A stretch of 14,822 nucleotides of DNA from assembly GCA_029856125.1 (NCBI GenBank), contig JAHQWJ010000142.1, forward strand, positions 1-14,822. Reading direction: 5' to 3'. Made by a program: the position numbers and the translations under genes. Below are positions 1-8,159 of this stretch, piece by piece. This DNA comes from Promethearchaeia archaeon (GTDB lineage: Archaea > Asgardarchaeota > Lokiarchaeia > Sigyniarchaeales > SOKP01). The notes under the pieces are model-generated. The model saw only the letters and a list, made by a program, of their open reading frames with translations. It was not told the origin of the DNA and made no database searches. How positions within the stretch are numbered: position 1 is the first letter of the stretch; each line of letters opens with the position of its first letter.

Positions 1-108
1 CCTCAAAAAGTTAAACAAGAGGTCGCTGAATTTAAAAAGGATTTTCAAGAGATTAAATACTGTTTCCAAACTTCTAATAAAGCGTATGAATATTTGAAGT
101 TTTATTAA
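1..108 (+). CDS. glyA: 3' end of probable archaeal serine hydroxymethyltransferase (partial)
   Basis: Frame 1 reads PQKVKQEVAEFKKDFQEIKYCFQTSNKAYEYLKFY* (TAA 106-108). This resembles the archaeal SHMT C-terminus (VKxEVxEFRKxFQxxxYCF...AYEY). Only 35 aa are visible. Confidence 0.7.
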   Translation, partial: PQKVKQEVAEFKKDFQEIKYCFQTSNKAYEYLKFY

Positions 109-112
109 ATCC

Positions 113-132
113 TTTTTCTAATAATTTTTTTT
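113..132 (+). terminator. Possible archaeal oligo-T terminator
   Basis: T5 (113-117) and T8 (125-132) runs immediately after the stop at 108. Confidence 0.4.
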
Positions 133-151
133 ATATTTAAATAGTAAAATT

Positions 152-215
152 TATCTTATTTAATGAGTTATAACAAGTATTTTAATGCATTATATCCTAT
201 TTAATGAGTTATAAC
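152..215. repeat. Direct repeat, 2 x 23 bp (TATCYTATTTAATGAGTTATAAC), 41-bp period
   Basis: Copies at 152-174 and 193-215 differ at one base. The 18-bp core TATTTAATGAGTTATAAC (157-174, 198-215) is identical and ends in the palindrome GTTATAAC. Confidence 0.9.
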
Positions 216-220
216 GAGAA

Positions 221-1060
221 ATGTTACCCTTAAAACTTGAAGTTCTTGAAAAGAGCGAATATAAATTAGTTTTAGTAGTTGAAGGAATTTCTGTTGAAAT
301 GTTAAATGTTTTAAGACGGATCATACTTACAGAAGTACCCGTAATGGCTATTGATGAAGTAATCATTTTGAAAAATGATTCTCCGCTATATGACGAAATT
401 ATCAGTCATAGACTTGGCTTAATACCCCTTAAAACAGATTTAGAAGTGTACAACCTTCCTAAGGAGTGCGAGTGTTCAGGTTATGGATGTCCACTTTGCC
501 AAGTTTCCCTAACATGCGAAGTTACTAACACTACTAATGCTTCATTAGATATCTACTCAGGCGATTTAAAATCTAATGATCCTAAAATAGTCCCGGTTAA
601 TGATTTTATCCCGATTGTCAAAATTGATAAAAACGATAAAGTTATTATCGAAGCCTATGCAGTCTTAGGCTTAGCAAAAGACCATGCAAAATGGCAGGCT
701 GTATCGAATGTAGCATTTAGGAATTATCCTGACATATCATTTGATGTGAACGCACTTAAGGACGCAGAAGAGAATGATTTAATAATCAAAATGTGTCCTG
801 AGAAGTTATTTGAACTAGCTAGTAATGGATCACTCAAATTAAAGGGTGATTACTGGAAACATTGCACTTTATGTAATTCTTGTGAGAAAAACTCTGATGA
901 AAAGATAAGCGTAAGGTCAAAGGAAGATGTGTATATCTTTACTATTGAAAGTGATGGTGTGCTGGATTATGATGTGTTAATTAAAAAGGTTTTTGAGATA
1001 TATAATGAAAAAATTGATGAATTTGTAACAGAATTAGAGGAGCTAGAGATAGAATCCTAA
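221..1060 (+). CDS. rpoD: DNA-directed RNA polymerase subunit Rpo3 (D)
   Basis: NVLRRIILTEVPVMAID, NDSPLYDEIISHRLGLIPL, KDHAKWQAV and FTIESDG motifs of Rpo3/RPB3. Cys-rich insertion and ferredoxin-like domain. Lies upstream of rpl18e. Confidence 0.98.
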   Translation: MLPLKLEVLEKSEYKLVLVVEGISVEMLNVLRRIILTEVPVMAIDEVIILKNDSPLYDEIISHRLGLIPLKTDLEVYNLPKECECSGYGCPLCQVSLTCEVTNTTNASLDIYSGDLKSNDPKIVPVNDFIPIVKIDKNDKVIIEAYAVLGLAKDHAKWQAVSNVAFRNYPDISFDVNALKDAEENDLIIKMCPEKLFELASNGSLKLKGDYWKHCTLCNSCEKNSDEKISVRSKEDVYIFTIESDGVLDYDVLIKKVFEIYNEKIDEFVTELEELEIES

Positions 1061-1063
1061 TCA

Positions 1064-1080
1064 ACCGCAAATTTATTAAA
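1064..1080 (+). promoter_or_regulatory. Candidate BRE/TATA element upstream of rpl18e
   Basis: ACCGCAAA followed by TTTATTAA (1072-1079) in the 76-bp spacer. The AT-rich background makes this weak. Confidence 0.3.
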
Positions 1081-1136
1081 ATATTAAAAATTTAAGTGTT
1101 TATATTTTCAATTAAAAAGTTAAATGATTTAGTAGT

Positions 1137-1493
1137 ATGAGCCATCGAATTACAGGACCAAGTAACTATTACAATAGAAAACTGATCCGAAATTTATGGA
1201 AAACCAAGCGGAGAATTTGGAAAAAGGTTTCAAAAAAGTTATCAGGCCCCCGAAGAGAGAAAGTTGAAGCAAATCTCTATAGAATCAACAAAAAAACAAA
1301 AGAAAATGATGTTATTGTGGTTCCAGGCAAAGTATTAGGGGTTGGCGAAATTGATCATAAGTTAACTATAGCTTGTTTAACTTGTTCCAAAACTGCTAGA
1401 AAAAAAATCGAAACTTCAGGAAGTAAGGTACTATCAATTGAGGAATTACTTGAACAAAATCCTGAAGGTAAAGATGTTAAAGTGTTTTATTAG
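1137..1493 (+). CDS. rpl18e: 50S ribosomal protein L18e (eL18)
   Basis: IWKKVSKKLSGPRR, NLYRIN, VVPGKVLG and SIEELLEQNPEG motifs. Conserved position after rpoD. Confidence 0.97.
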   Translation: MSHRITGPSNYYNRKLIRNLWKTKRRIWKKVSKKLSGPRREKVEANLYRINKKTKENDVIVVPGKVLGVGEIDHKLTIACLTCSKTARKKIETSGSKVLSIEELLEQNPEGKDVKVFY

Positions 1494-1515
1494 TAAAATA
1501 TGGAGTGGAGAATTT

Positions 1516-1986
1516 ATGCACGAATATCTTTTATTGGACGCTAAGGATAAAATTTTAGGGAGATTTTGTAGCCAGGTAGCAAAAAAGGCATTACTTGGTG
1601 AAAAAATCGTCATTATTAATGCTAAAGATGCAATCATAAGTGGTACTAAGCGAAATATTCACGAGAAATATCTAGAAAAGCTGAATATAAGTACAGCAAC
1701 GAATCCAAGGCGTGGTCCTTTCTGGCCTAGACGTCCTGATACCTTTATGAGGAATATAATAAAAAAAATGCTCCCTACTAAAAAAATTAGAGGTAAAGAA
1801 GCTTTAAAAAGAGTTCATATATATATCGGAGGAATTCCTGATCGTTTCCAAAAAAGGTATCAGACTTTAGTTCCGACAGATATCCCGGATTCTGAAAAGA
1901 AAAGGCTTTCTTATTATAACAAATTTATTACTCTAGAAAATCTTTGTACGAGAATTGGATGGAATAAATTAGAAATAGAGGCTTAA
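1516..1986 (+). CDS. rpl13: 50S ribosomal protein L13 (uL13)
   Basis: LLDAKDKILGRFCSQVAK, IINAKDAIISG, NPRRGPFWPRRPD and MLPTKKIRG motifs. Start reassigned to ATG 1516, which follows GGAGTGGAG and avoids overlap with rpl18e. Confidence 0.97.
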   Translation: MHEYLLLDAKDKILGRFCSQVAKKALLGEKIVIINAKDAIISGTKRNIHEKYLEKLNISTATNPRRGPFWPRRPDTFMRNIIKKMLPTKKIRGKEALKRVHIYIGGIPDRFQKRYQTLVPTDIPDSEKKRLSYYNKFITLENLCTRIGWNKLEIEA

Positions 1987-1991
1987 AAATT

Positions 1992-2408
1992 ATGTCTGAA
2001 AGAACAAAAGTTGTACAGGCTTCCGGTAAAAGAAAAACAGCGATCGCTAGAGCAGTCTTAAAGTATCCTGCTAAAGGACAGATAAAAATAAATAATGTAC
2101 CTTTAGAAAATTATGAACCGGATATAGGAAGAATGCGTATTCAGGAAGTGTTAGATGTCATCGACCACCCTAAAATAGAAAAATGTGACATTGCGGTTAG
2201 GGTAAGGGGCGGTGGAAAAATGGGACAAACGGATGCGGTTCGAATAGCAATCGCTAAATCTCTAAATAAATTTATTGGAACTAAAACAATTGAAAAAACT
2301 TTCAGAGAATACGATGAATCTCTACTTTCAGGAGATTCAAGAAGGACTGAACCTAAACATTTTGGTGGAAAAAAAGCAAGGGCTAGGCGTCAAAAATCGT
2401 TTAGATAA
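1992..2408 (+). CDS. rps9: 30S ribosomal protein S9 (uS9)
   Basis: SGKRKTAIARA, VRGGGKMGQTDAVRIAIA and DSRRTEPKHFGGKKARARRQKSFR motifs. Confidence 0.98.
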   Translation: MSERTKVVQASGKRKTAIARAVLKYPAKGQIKINNVPLENYEPDIGRMRIQEVLDVIDHPKIEKCDIAVRVRGGGKMGQTDAVRIAIAKSLNKFIGTKTIEKTFREYDESLLSGDSRRTEPKHFGGKKARARRQKSFR

Positions 2409-2424
2409 ATAATTTTAATATGAA

Positions 2425-3750
2425 TTATTCTACCACGTCTACATTTGCTCCTAATTTTTGGATGTGATCTACGAAATTCGGGTACGAATCTTCCACAATC
2501 TCTATATTATCAATTTGGGCTGAACCTTGAGCAAATAAACTTGCTATAGTTAAAGCCATCGCAATTCTATGATCGTTTTCATGATTAAAAGAAGTTCCTC
2601 TTAATTCCTTGCAGTGATAAACTGTGAGTTTATCTTTTTCCTCTATTACTTTAACACCCATTTTACTTAATTCTTTAGCAATTATCGAAATTCTATCACT
2701 TTCTTTTTTTCTAAGATTTAGCGCATTGTATATTTCTGTCTTGCCCTTAGCAAATGCTCCAATAATAGATAATATAGGGAATAAATCGGGAGTGTCTCTA
2801 ATATCTATAGCTGTGCCAGTCAAAGGATTCTGATTTATATTACCCTTTACGATTAGACAATTATTTTCTTTCATAATCTTAATATTCGCACCCATTTCTT
2901 GTAAAATCTCAACAATTCTTTGATCTCCTTGCGGTTTTTCAAAATTTAAGTTTTTTATGACAACTTGTGATTCTTCAGGAGTTAATATTGTGGCGGCTAA
3001 TATAAACGAAATCGAAGAAAAATCACCAGGTATATCGTACGTTTGAGCTCTATAGTTTTGCTTACATGCAATTAAATAGGACCCTACTTTCTCATTGTTT
3101 AAGTTCTCCTGAATTTTAATGCCAAATGACCTTAATACATCCAAAGTGATTTTAACATATGGATAAGAAGTTATGGGAGATGTAATTTTTACAATGATTG
3201 AATTTCTTTTCTTACAATCTAACAAAGGACACATCATAAGTAGAGCTGAAACAAACTGGGAACTAATATCTCCGGGAATGTTTATGATATCACATTTTTT
3301 TCCTTTACGCTTTACCTTTAATTCCTTTTCGTTTAATCTATAATTACACCCGATGCTTTCTAATGCATCCAATAAGGGAATAATTGGTCGTTTCCTTTTT
3401 ATGAATTCCCCTGTAAAAGACAACCCACCCTCAATTAGCATTGCAAGTGCAGTAAATATCCTGATAGATGTGCCAGAATTCCCGCAATCTAACAATTTTT
3501 TAATTGATTTGTAATTTTCATAATTACTTTTAACAATAAAGGAATGATTTGATGCTTTTGACACTTTATTGCCTAGCGCTTCTAAAATTTTAATTGTCAC
3601 ACCAACGTCACCAGAAATTAAAGGGTTTTTAATGATTGAAACTCCATTTGTTAAGCTAGAAGCGATAAAAGCACGATGAGAGTAACTCTTAGAAGGTGGA
3701 GCATTTATGGTACCATTAAGTTTTTTTGTTGGAGCTATTCTAAGTTTCAT
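2425..3750 (-). CDS. aroA: 3-phosphoshikimate 1-carboxyvinyltransferase (EPSP synthase)
   Basis: PPSKSYSHRA, DCGNSGTSIR, SSQFVSALL, PGDFSS, LRKKESDRI and NDHRIAMA motifs. Confidence 0.97.
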   Translation of the reverse strand: MKLRIAPTKKLNGTINAPPSKSYSHRAFIASSLTNGVSIIKNPLISGDVGVTIKILEALGNKVSKASNHSFIVKSNYENYKSIKKLLDCGNSGTSIRIFTALAMLIEGGLSFTGEFIKRKRPIIPLLDALESIGCNYRLNEKELKVKRKGKKCDIINIPGDISSQFVSALLMMCPLLDCKKRNSIIVKITSPITSYPYVKITLDVLRSFGIKIQENLNNEKVGSYLIACKQNYRAQTYDIPGDFSSISFILAATILTPEESQVVIKNLNFEKPQGDQRIVEILQEMGANIKIMKENNCLIVKGNINQNPLTGTAIDIRDTPDLFPILSIIGAFAKGKTEIYNALNLRKKESDRISIIAKELSKMGVKVIEEKDKLTVYHCKELRGTSFNHENDHRIAMALTIASLFAQGSAQIDNIEIVEDSYPNFVDHIQKLGANVDVVE

Positions 3751-3902
3751 TTTTTATTTTCATATTCTGATTGATTTAAATGGATGTTAAGTAAAAATAA
3801 ATGAAGGCTTTCAATATAATTTTGTTTTTATGAGTGTATTAAGTTTAAATAGAGATGTATAACATAAATTATTAGATTCATAAAACATAATAGGAGCAGA
3901 CT

Positions 3903-3936
3903 ACTCAATATATATTAATTAACATATATAGTGAGT
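3903..3936. promoter_or_regulatory. Imperfect inverted repeat in the aroA/aroC divergent spacer (candidate operator)
   Basis: ACTCAATATATA-TTAATTAA-CA-TATATAGTGAGT. The arms match at 11 of 12 bases around a palindromic TTAATTAA core with a 2-nt offset. Confidence 0.4.
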
Positions 3937-3970
3937 TTGGCTCAATTATATCATATATTTGATGGTTATA

Positions 3971-5080
3971 ATGGGAGATAACACCTTAGGAACAAGATTT
4001 ATAATTTCTTCGTTTGGAGAGAGTCATGGTAAAGTAATTGGAGTTTTGATTGATGGCACACCCGCTGGATTAAATTTTGATTTGGATTTTATTCAGCATG
4101 AATTAGATAAACGAAAACCTGGACAGTCGCACCTAACTTCAGCCCGTAAAGAATCAGATGAAGTTGAAGTTCTATCAGGAGTTTTTAATGATAAAACTAC
4201 TGGTGCCCCAATTTGTTTAGTCATCAAAAATCAATCGTATGATTCTACAAAATACGATAAATTTAAAGAATTTTTAAGACCTTCTCATGTAGATTATGTT
4301 TTACTAAAGAAATATGGTGGATTTGCTGATTATCGTGGATCAGGAAGGTTCTCAGGGAGAATAACTGCTGGATTTGTAATGGCAGGTGCAATCGCGAAAT
4401 TGATTTTAAACAAATTCAACATCTTAACATTTGCATACACAGAAAGTATCGGAAAAATTGCAGACCCAACCGATTATTTTGCTGGTGATATTGAACAGCT
4501 TATCGAAGTGAGGGATAAATCTCCTGTAAAAGCTCTTAATGCGAAATTATCAATAAAAATGGAAAATGAAATCGAATTCGTTAAAAATTTGAAAGACTCA
4601 GTAGGTGGAAGTATAAAGTGTGTTGCTAAAAATATTCCCCCAGGCATTGGTGGACCAGTCTTCAATAGCCTTGAAGCTAAGATTAGTAGAGCCATTTTTG
4701 CGATCCCGGCAACAAAAGGTATAGAATTTGGCGCTGGGTTTAAAGCTATGAATATGAGGGGGTCTGAACACAACGATCCATGGATTATAAAAAATGGGGA
4801 GGTATCGACCTTAAAAAATGATTCAGGAGGGATTATTGGGGGTATTTCTACAGGAATGCCTTTAACTTTACGAGTAGCTATAAAACCAACAGCATCTATA
4901 GGAATGTCGCAAAAAACTGTCAACATTAGAACTATGAAAGAAACTGAATTCGAATTAGAAGGGGAACACGACCCTTGCATAGTTCCAAGAGCAGTTGTAG
5001 TAGTAGAATCAATGTTGGCAATAGTACTTTTAGATCAATTATTAATAGAAGGTTTTATTCCAACCGTATTGAATCGCTAA
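3971..5080 (+). CDS. aroC: Chorismate synthase
   Basis: FGESHG, TTGAPI, RPSHVD, GRFSGRITA, AIPATKGIEFG, GGIIGGISTG and IKPTASI motifs. Likely start ATG 3971 (MGDNTLG); the frame is open from 3959. Confidence 0.96.
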   Translation: MGDNTLGTRFIISSFGESHGKVIGVLIDGTPAGLNFDLDFIQHELDKRKPGQSHLTSARKESDEVEVLSGVFNDKTTGAPICLVIKNQSYDSTKYDKFKEFLRPSHVDYVLLKKYGGFADYRGSGRFSGRITAGFVMAGAIAKLILNKFNILTFAYTESIGKIADPTDYFAGDIEQLIEVRDKSPVKALNAKLSIKMENEIEFVKNLKDSVGGSIKCVAKNIPPGIGGPVFNSLEAKISRAIFAIPATKGIEFGAGFKAMNMRGSEHNDPWIIKNGEVSTLKNDSGGIIGGISTGMPLTLRVAIKPTASIGMSQKTVNIRTMKETEFELEGEHDPCIVPRAVVVVESMLAIVLLDQLLIEGFIPTVLNR

Positions 5081-5087
5081 TTTTTTT
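5081..5087 (+). terminator. Oligo-T terminator candidate after aroC
   Basis: T7 run directly after the TAA stop. Confidence 0.4.
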
Positions 5088-5159
5088 AGATATCTTATTA
5101 TTTTAAAATTACATTAAAATAATGCCAGTAAATAGAACTTTATCAAAAGTGAAACGAAT

Positions 5160-6602
5160 ATGAAAGAAAAAGAAGAAAAAATCAAGACAGCGATTTTAAT
5201 TGGAGCCGGAAATCGAGGAATGACTGTTTATGGTAATTATGCTTTAAGATATCCTAATAAATTAAATTTTATCGCTGTCGCAGAGCCAATTAGCTATCGG
5301 AGAAATAAGTTTGCACAACTTCATAATATTCCTTTAGAGCGGTGTTATGAGAGTTGGGAACCCATTTTAAGGGAGGACAAATTTGCTGACGTTGTTTTCG
5401 TCTGTACTCAAGATCAAATGCATGTGGGACCTAGTTTAAAAGCTCTAGATAAAGGCTATGATGTTTTATTGGAAAAACCTATGGCACACACTCTCGAAGG
5501 GTGTTATAAAATCGTAGATCGGGTCAAGGAAACAGGGAGAATATTAGGAGTTTGCCACGTTCTAAGATACACTGCTTTCTTTTCAACAATCAAGAATGCA
5601 ATTCACGAAGGTTCGTTAGGAAATCTTATTAACATTTCACACAGAGAAAATGTCAGTTGGTATCATATGGCACATAGTTTTGTTAGAGGTAACTGGCGGA
5701 ATGCGAACGAATCATCTCCAATGATACTTGCAAAATGTTGCCACGATTTAGATTTGCTTTATTGGATGGTAGAAGCTTTACCAAAAAAAATAAGTTCATT
5801 TGGAAGCCTTCTACATTTTAAATCAATAAATGCGCCTATTGATTCTCCCGATTATTGTGTGGAGGGATGTCCTATAGAAGATACTTGTTTGTATTACGCT
5901 CCAAGAATATATATTGACATCGTACCAATAACCCAAATCTTAGAAAAAAGTGAATTAAAGAAATTTAAATTTCTCGCTAATTTAAGAAAAAAACATAAAA
6001 AAATGCTAGCCATACTAAGTAGACCAATCAAACTATTACAAAGTTTGAGATATTGGAGAGATTGGCCAGTAGAACCGCTCTATTCTGGACTCCCTGAAGA
6101 GGAAAGTGAAGATTATTCTGACGAAACTAAAATGAGAATATTAAGAACGAGTCCTTACGGAAGGTGCGTATACAAGTGCGATAATAATGTTATTGACCAT
6201 CAAGTAGTAAATATCGAATTTGAAAATAATGTTACAGCAAATCTTATAGTTCATGGATTTAGTGAGAAAGAAGGGAGATCTTTACGAATTGATGGAACTG
6301 AAGCTACTTTAATTGGAGAATTCGCTGATTCCGGACAAAAGATTACTATTTACGATCATTTTACAGGCACAGCTAAGGTGATTTTTTCAGAAAAACTATC
6401 TATTGATTATTCTGGTCATGGAGGAGGCGATTTTTCTTTAATAGATTCTTTTTTAGAAACGCTTACTAGCCCCGAAAATTCTCAACCTCTAACAAACGCC
6501 GACGAGACTATTGAAAGTCATCTCATGGCGTTTGCTGCAAATAAAGCCAGAGAAAAAAATTCAGTGATTGAGATGGATGAGTTCCGAATGAAATTAGTTT
6601 AA
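5160..6602 (+). CDS. Gfo/Idh/MocA-family NAD(P)-dependent oxidoreductase (YteT-like long form)
   Basis: Rossmann IGAGNRG, LLEKP, HVLRY, HSFVRGNW, LAKCCHDLD and GHGGGD motifs. Cys-containing insertion CVEGCPIEDTC...GRCVYKC. Confidence 0.9.
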   Translation: MKEKEEKIKTAILIGAGNRGMTVYGNYALRYPNKLNFIAVAEPISYRRNKFAQLHNIPLERCYESWEPILREDKFADVVFVCTQDQMHVGPSLKALDKGYDVLLEKPMAHTLEGCYKIVDRVKETGRILGVCHVLRYTAFFSTIKNAIHEGSLGNLINISHRENVSWYHMAHSFVRGNWRNANESSPMILAKCCHDLDLLYWMVEALPKKISSFGSLLHFKSINAPIDSPDYCVEGCPIEDTCLYYAPRIYIDIVPITQILEKSELKKFKFLANLRKKHKKMLAILSRPIKLLQSLRYWRDWPVEPLYSGLPEEESEDYSDETKMRILRTSPYGRCVYKCDNNVIDHQVVNIEFENNVTANLIVHGFSEKEGRSLRIDGTEATLIGEFADSGQKITIYDHFTGTAKVIFSEKLSIDYSGHGGGDFSLIDSFLETLTSPENSQPLTNADETIESHLMAFAANKAREKNSVIEMDEFRMKLV

Positions 6603-6666
6603 ATGGAAAATGCAAATTTTTAATTACTCTAGCTTTATTAGATAAATATACTTAGAAAAAAAAAAC

Positions 6667-6912
6667 GTGTTTAATTTGAGTCGTAAGATAGATACTTCTG
6701 CGCAGTTCATAGAATTTTATGCTAAGAAAGGGCAGTATTTAGTTGAACTTTCGGAAAACCATTTTAAGAATAAAGAATACAAAAAATGCCTTGAGCTACT
6801 TTCGCAAGCACACGGAATGTTTGAAAAGGGAGGCGTAAAGGATGAAGCTGAGAAGGTAAAAGCTAGGTTTAATGACATAAAAAAGAACTTCTTCAAAAGC
6901 ACTAAGATTTAG
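6667..6912 (+). CDS. Small hypothetical protein with a TPR-like helical hairpin
   Basis: 81-aa ORF (GTG start; TTG 6676 is an alternative). Contains the TPR/SNAP-like pattern LSENHFKNKEYKKCLELLSQAHGMFEKGG and fills the gap between two genes. Confidence 0.75.
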   Translation: MFNLSRKIDTSAQFIEFYAKKGQYLVELSENHFKNKEYKKCLELLSQAHGMFEKGGVKDEAEKVKARFNDIKKNFFKSTKI

Positions 6913-7400
6913 TTTTCGGTCATATTCTGTATTTTTCTATTAATATCCGCGATATGTGGTCCATTCCAAAATACTTTTTGGCATCTTTTATTAGAGCATT
7001 GAAAAAACTCATTATAGTTTTTAAAAGTTTCACGTTTAACAAATTCTTCTATTGCATTCTTATTATTAACCTTCTTTAACATTGTATTACAAACAGAGCA
7101 TCGTGTCTTTTCTATGTTAAAATCATATTCTAAATTTAACTTACGTTTAATTTGATTTAAGTAGTTATATACACCTTCCCCTTCTAATAATATTGCGTTT
7201 TCTTTAATTTCTTTATAGAATTGTAAATCTTTAGTTAATACAATTCTGTTGCTCCATACAGCATATTCATTTATTTTTTTATCCGGAACGGGATTAACGT
7301 TATAATGATCTATTAGATCACTGGCATAAATTGTATCGTACCCAAAAATTCTTAAGAATCGCGCGAGCTTTCCTAACATTGCATCTGCAAGAAATTTCAT
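6909..7400 (-). CDS. Mut7-C RNase domain protein (PIN-like fold plus Zn ribbon)
   Basis: KFLADAMLGKLARFLRIFGYDT, RIVLTKD, TRCSVCN and QCSNKRCQKVFWNGPH motifs of the Mut7-C (DUF82) family. Confidence 0.93.
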   Translation of the reverse strand: MKFLADAMLGKLARFLRIFGYDTIYASDLIDHYNVNPVPDKKINEYAVWSNRIVLTKDLQFYKEIKENAILLEGEGVYNYLNQIKRKLNLEYDFNIEKTRCSVCNTMLKKVNNKNAIEEFVKRETFKNYNEFFQCSNKRCQKVFWNGPHIADINRKIQNMTEN

Positions 7401-7484
7401 ACCTATTACAATTATATTTAAGTCATAAAATAAATTAATATATTTGATATTTTTTTTAAATCTAAAATAATATGCTGATTTAAA

Positions 7485-8012
7485 GTGGAAGTTAAAGAGT
7501 TAATGAAAAAAGCAACACTGTTCCATGGACATATATGTCCGGGAATTGCTATTGGCGTGTTGGTTGCTAAATATGCTTTAGAACATGGTTTTGAGCACTC
7601 CCCTGATGAAGAACTAGTGGCTATTGTCGAAACTGACAACTGTAGCGTTGATGCGCTCCAAGTTTTATTAGGTACCACGTATGGTAAAGGCAATTTAATT
7701 CATAAAGATTATGGTAAAAACAATTATAACATCTACAGTAGAAAAAACCAAAAAGGGGTCAGATTAGCTTTAAAAAAGTCTATTTTAAATAATAATAAAT
7801 TGTCAAGAGATGAGAAAATTCAGAAGTTTCTTGGGTTGAAACCTGAAGATGTTTTTGAAATTAGAAATATTGAATATGCTCCTCCTATGATGGCTCAGAT
7901 AGAAGAATCAGTGCTATGCGAGATTTGTGGAGAACTTACAATGGACAGCCGGATGATGAATTATCAAAACAAAAATATTTGCATCCCCTGTTATAAAGAT
8001 TTTAAGAAGTAA
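7485..8012 (+). CDS. FmdE-family protein with C-terminal Zn finger
   Basis: FHGHICPGIAIG, VETDNCSVDALQ and YGKGNL motifs. C-terminal CEICGE...CIPC. Confidence 0.92.
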   Translation: MEVKELMKKATLFHGHICPGIAIGVLVAKYALEHGFEHSPDEELVAIVETDNCSVDALQVLLGTTYGKGNLIHKDYGKNNYNIYSRKNQKGVRLALKKSILNNNKLSRDEKIQKFLGLKPEDVFEIRNIEYAPPMMAQIEESVLCEICGELTMDSRMMNYQNKNICIPCYKDFKK

Positions 8013-8159
8013 AAATCCAAAGTCTTTACGAAAATGATACATATATACAAACAAAAATTTCAGTAGGGGAAAGAAAAAGTATATTTCTTTTAGTTAATAA
8101 GTATAAAATGTAAGGAGAGAAATAATTATCACTTAATATGGGATGATTTGAGGAAAATT

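Noticed and set aside
152-215. Mini CRISPR array
   Set aside because: Only two copies, an 18-bp spacer that is too short, and no cas genes.
1061-1136. tRNA in the 76-bp rpoD-rpl18e spacer, where some archaea have one
   Set aside because: Extremely AT-rich with no cloverleaf, acceptor stem or T-loop motif.
1438-1515. N-terminal extension of L13 in the ORF track
   Set aside because: Overlaps rpl18e. L13 similarity begins at ATG 1516, which has a purine-rich leader.
1446-4980. Antisense ORFs 1446-1637, 2624-2833 and 4474-4980
   Set aside because: Shadows of rpl13, aroA and aroC with no recognisable motifs.
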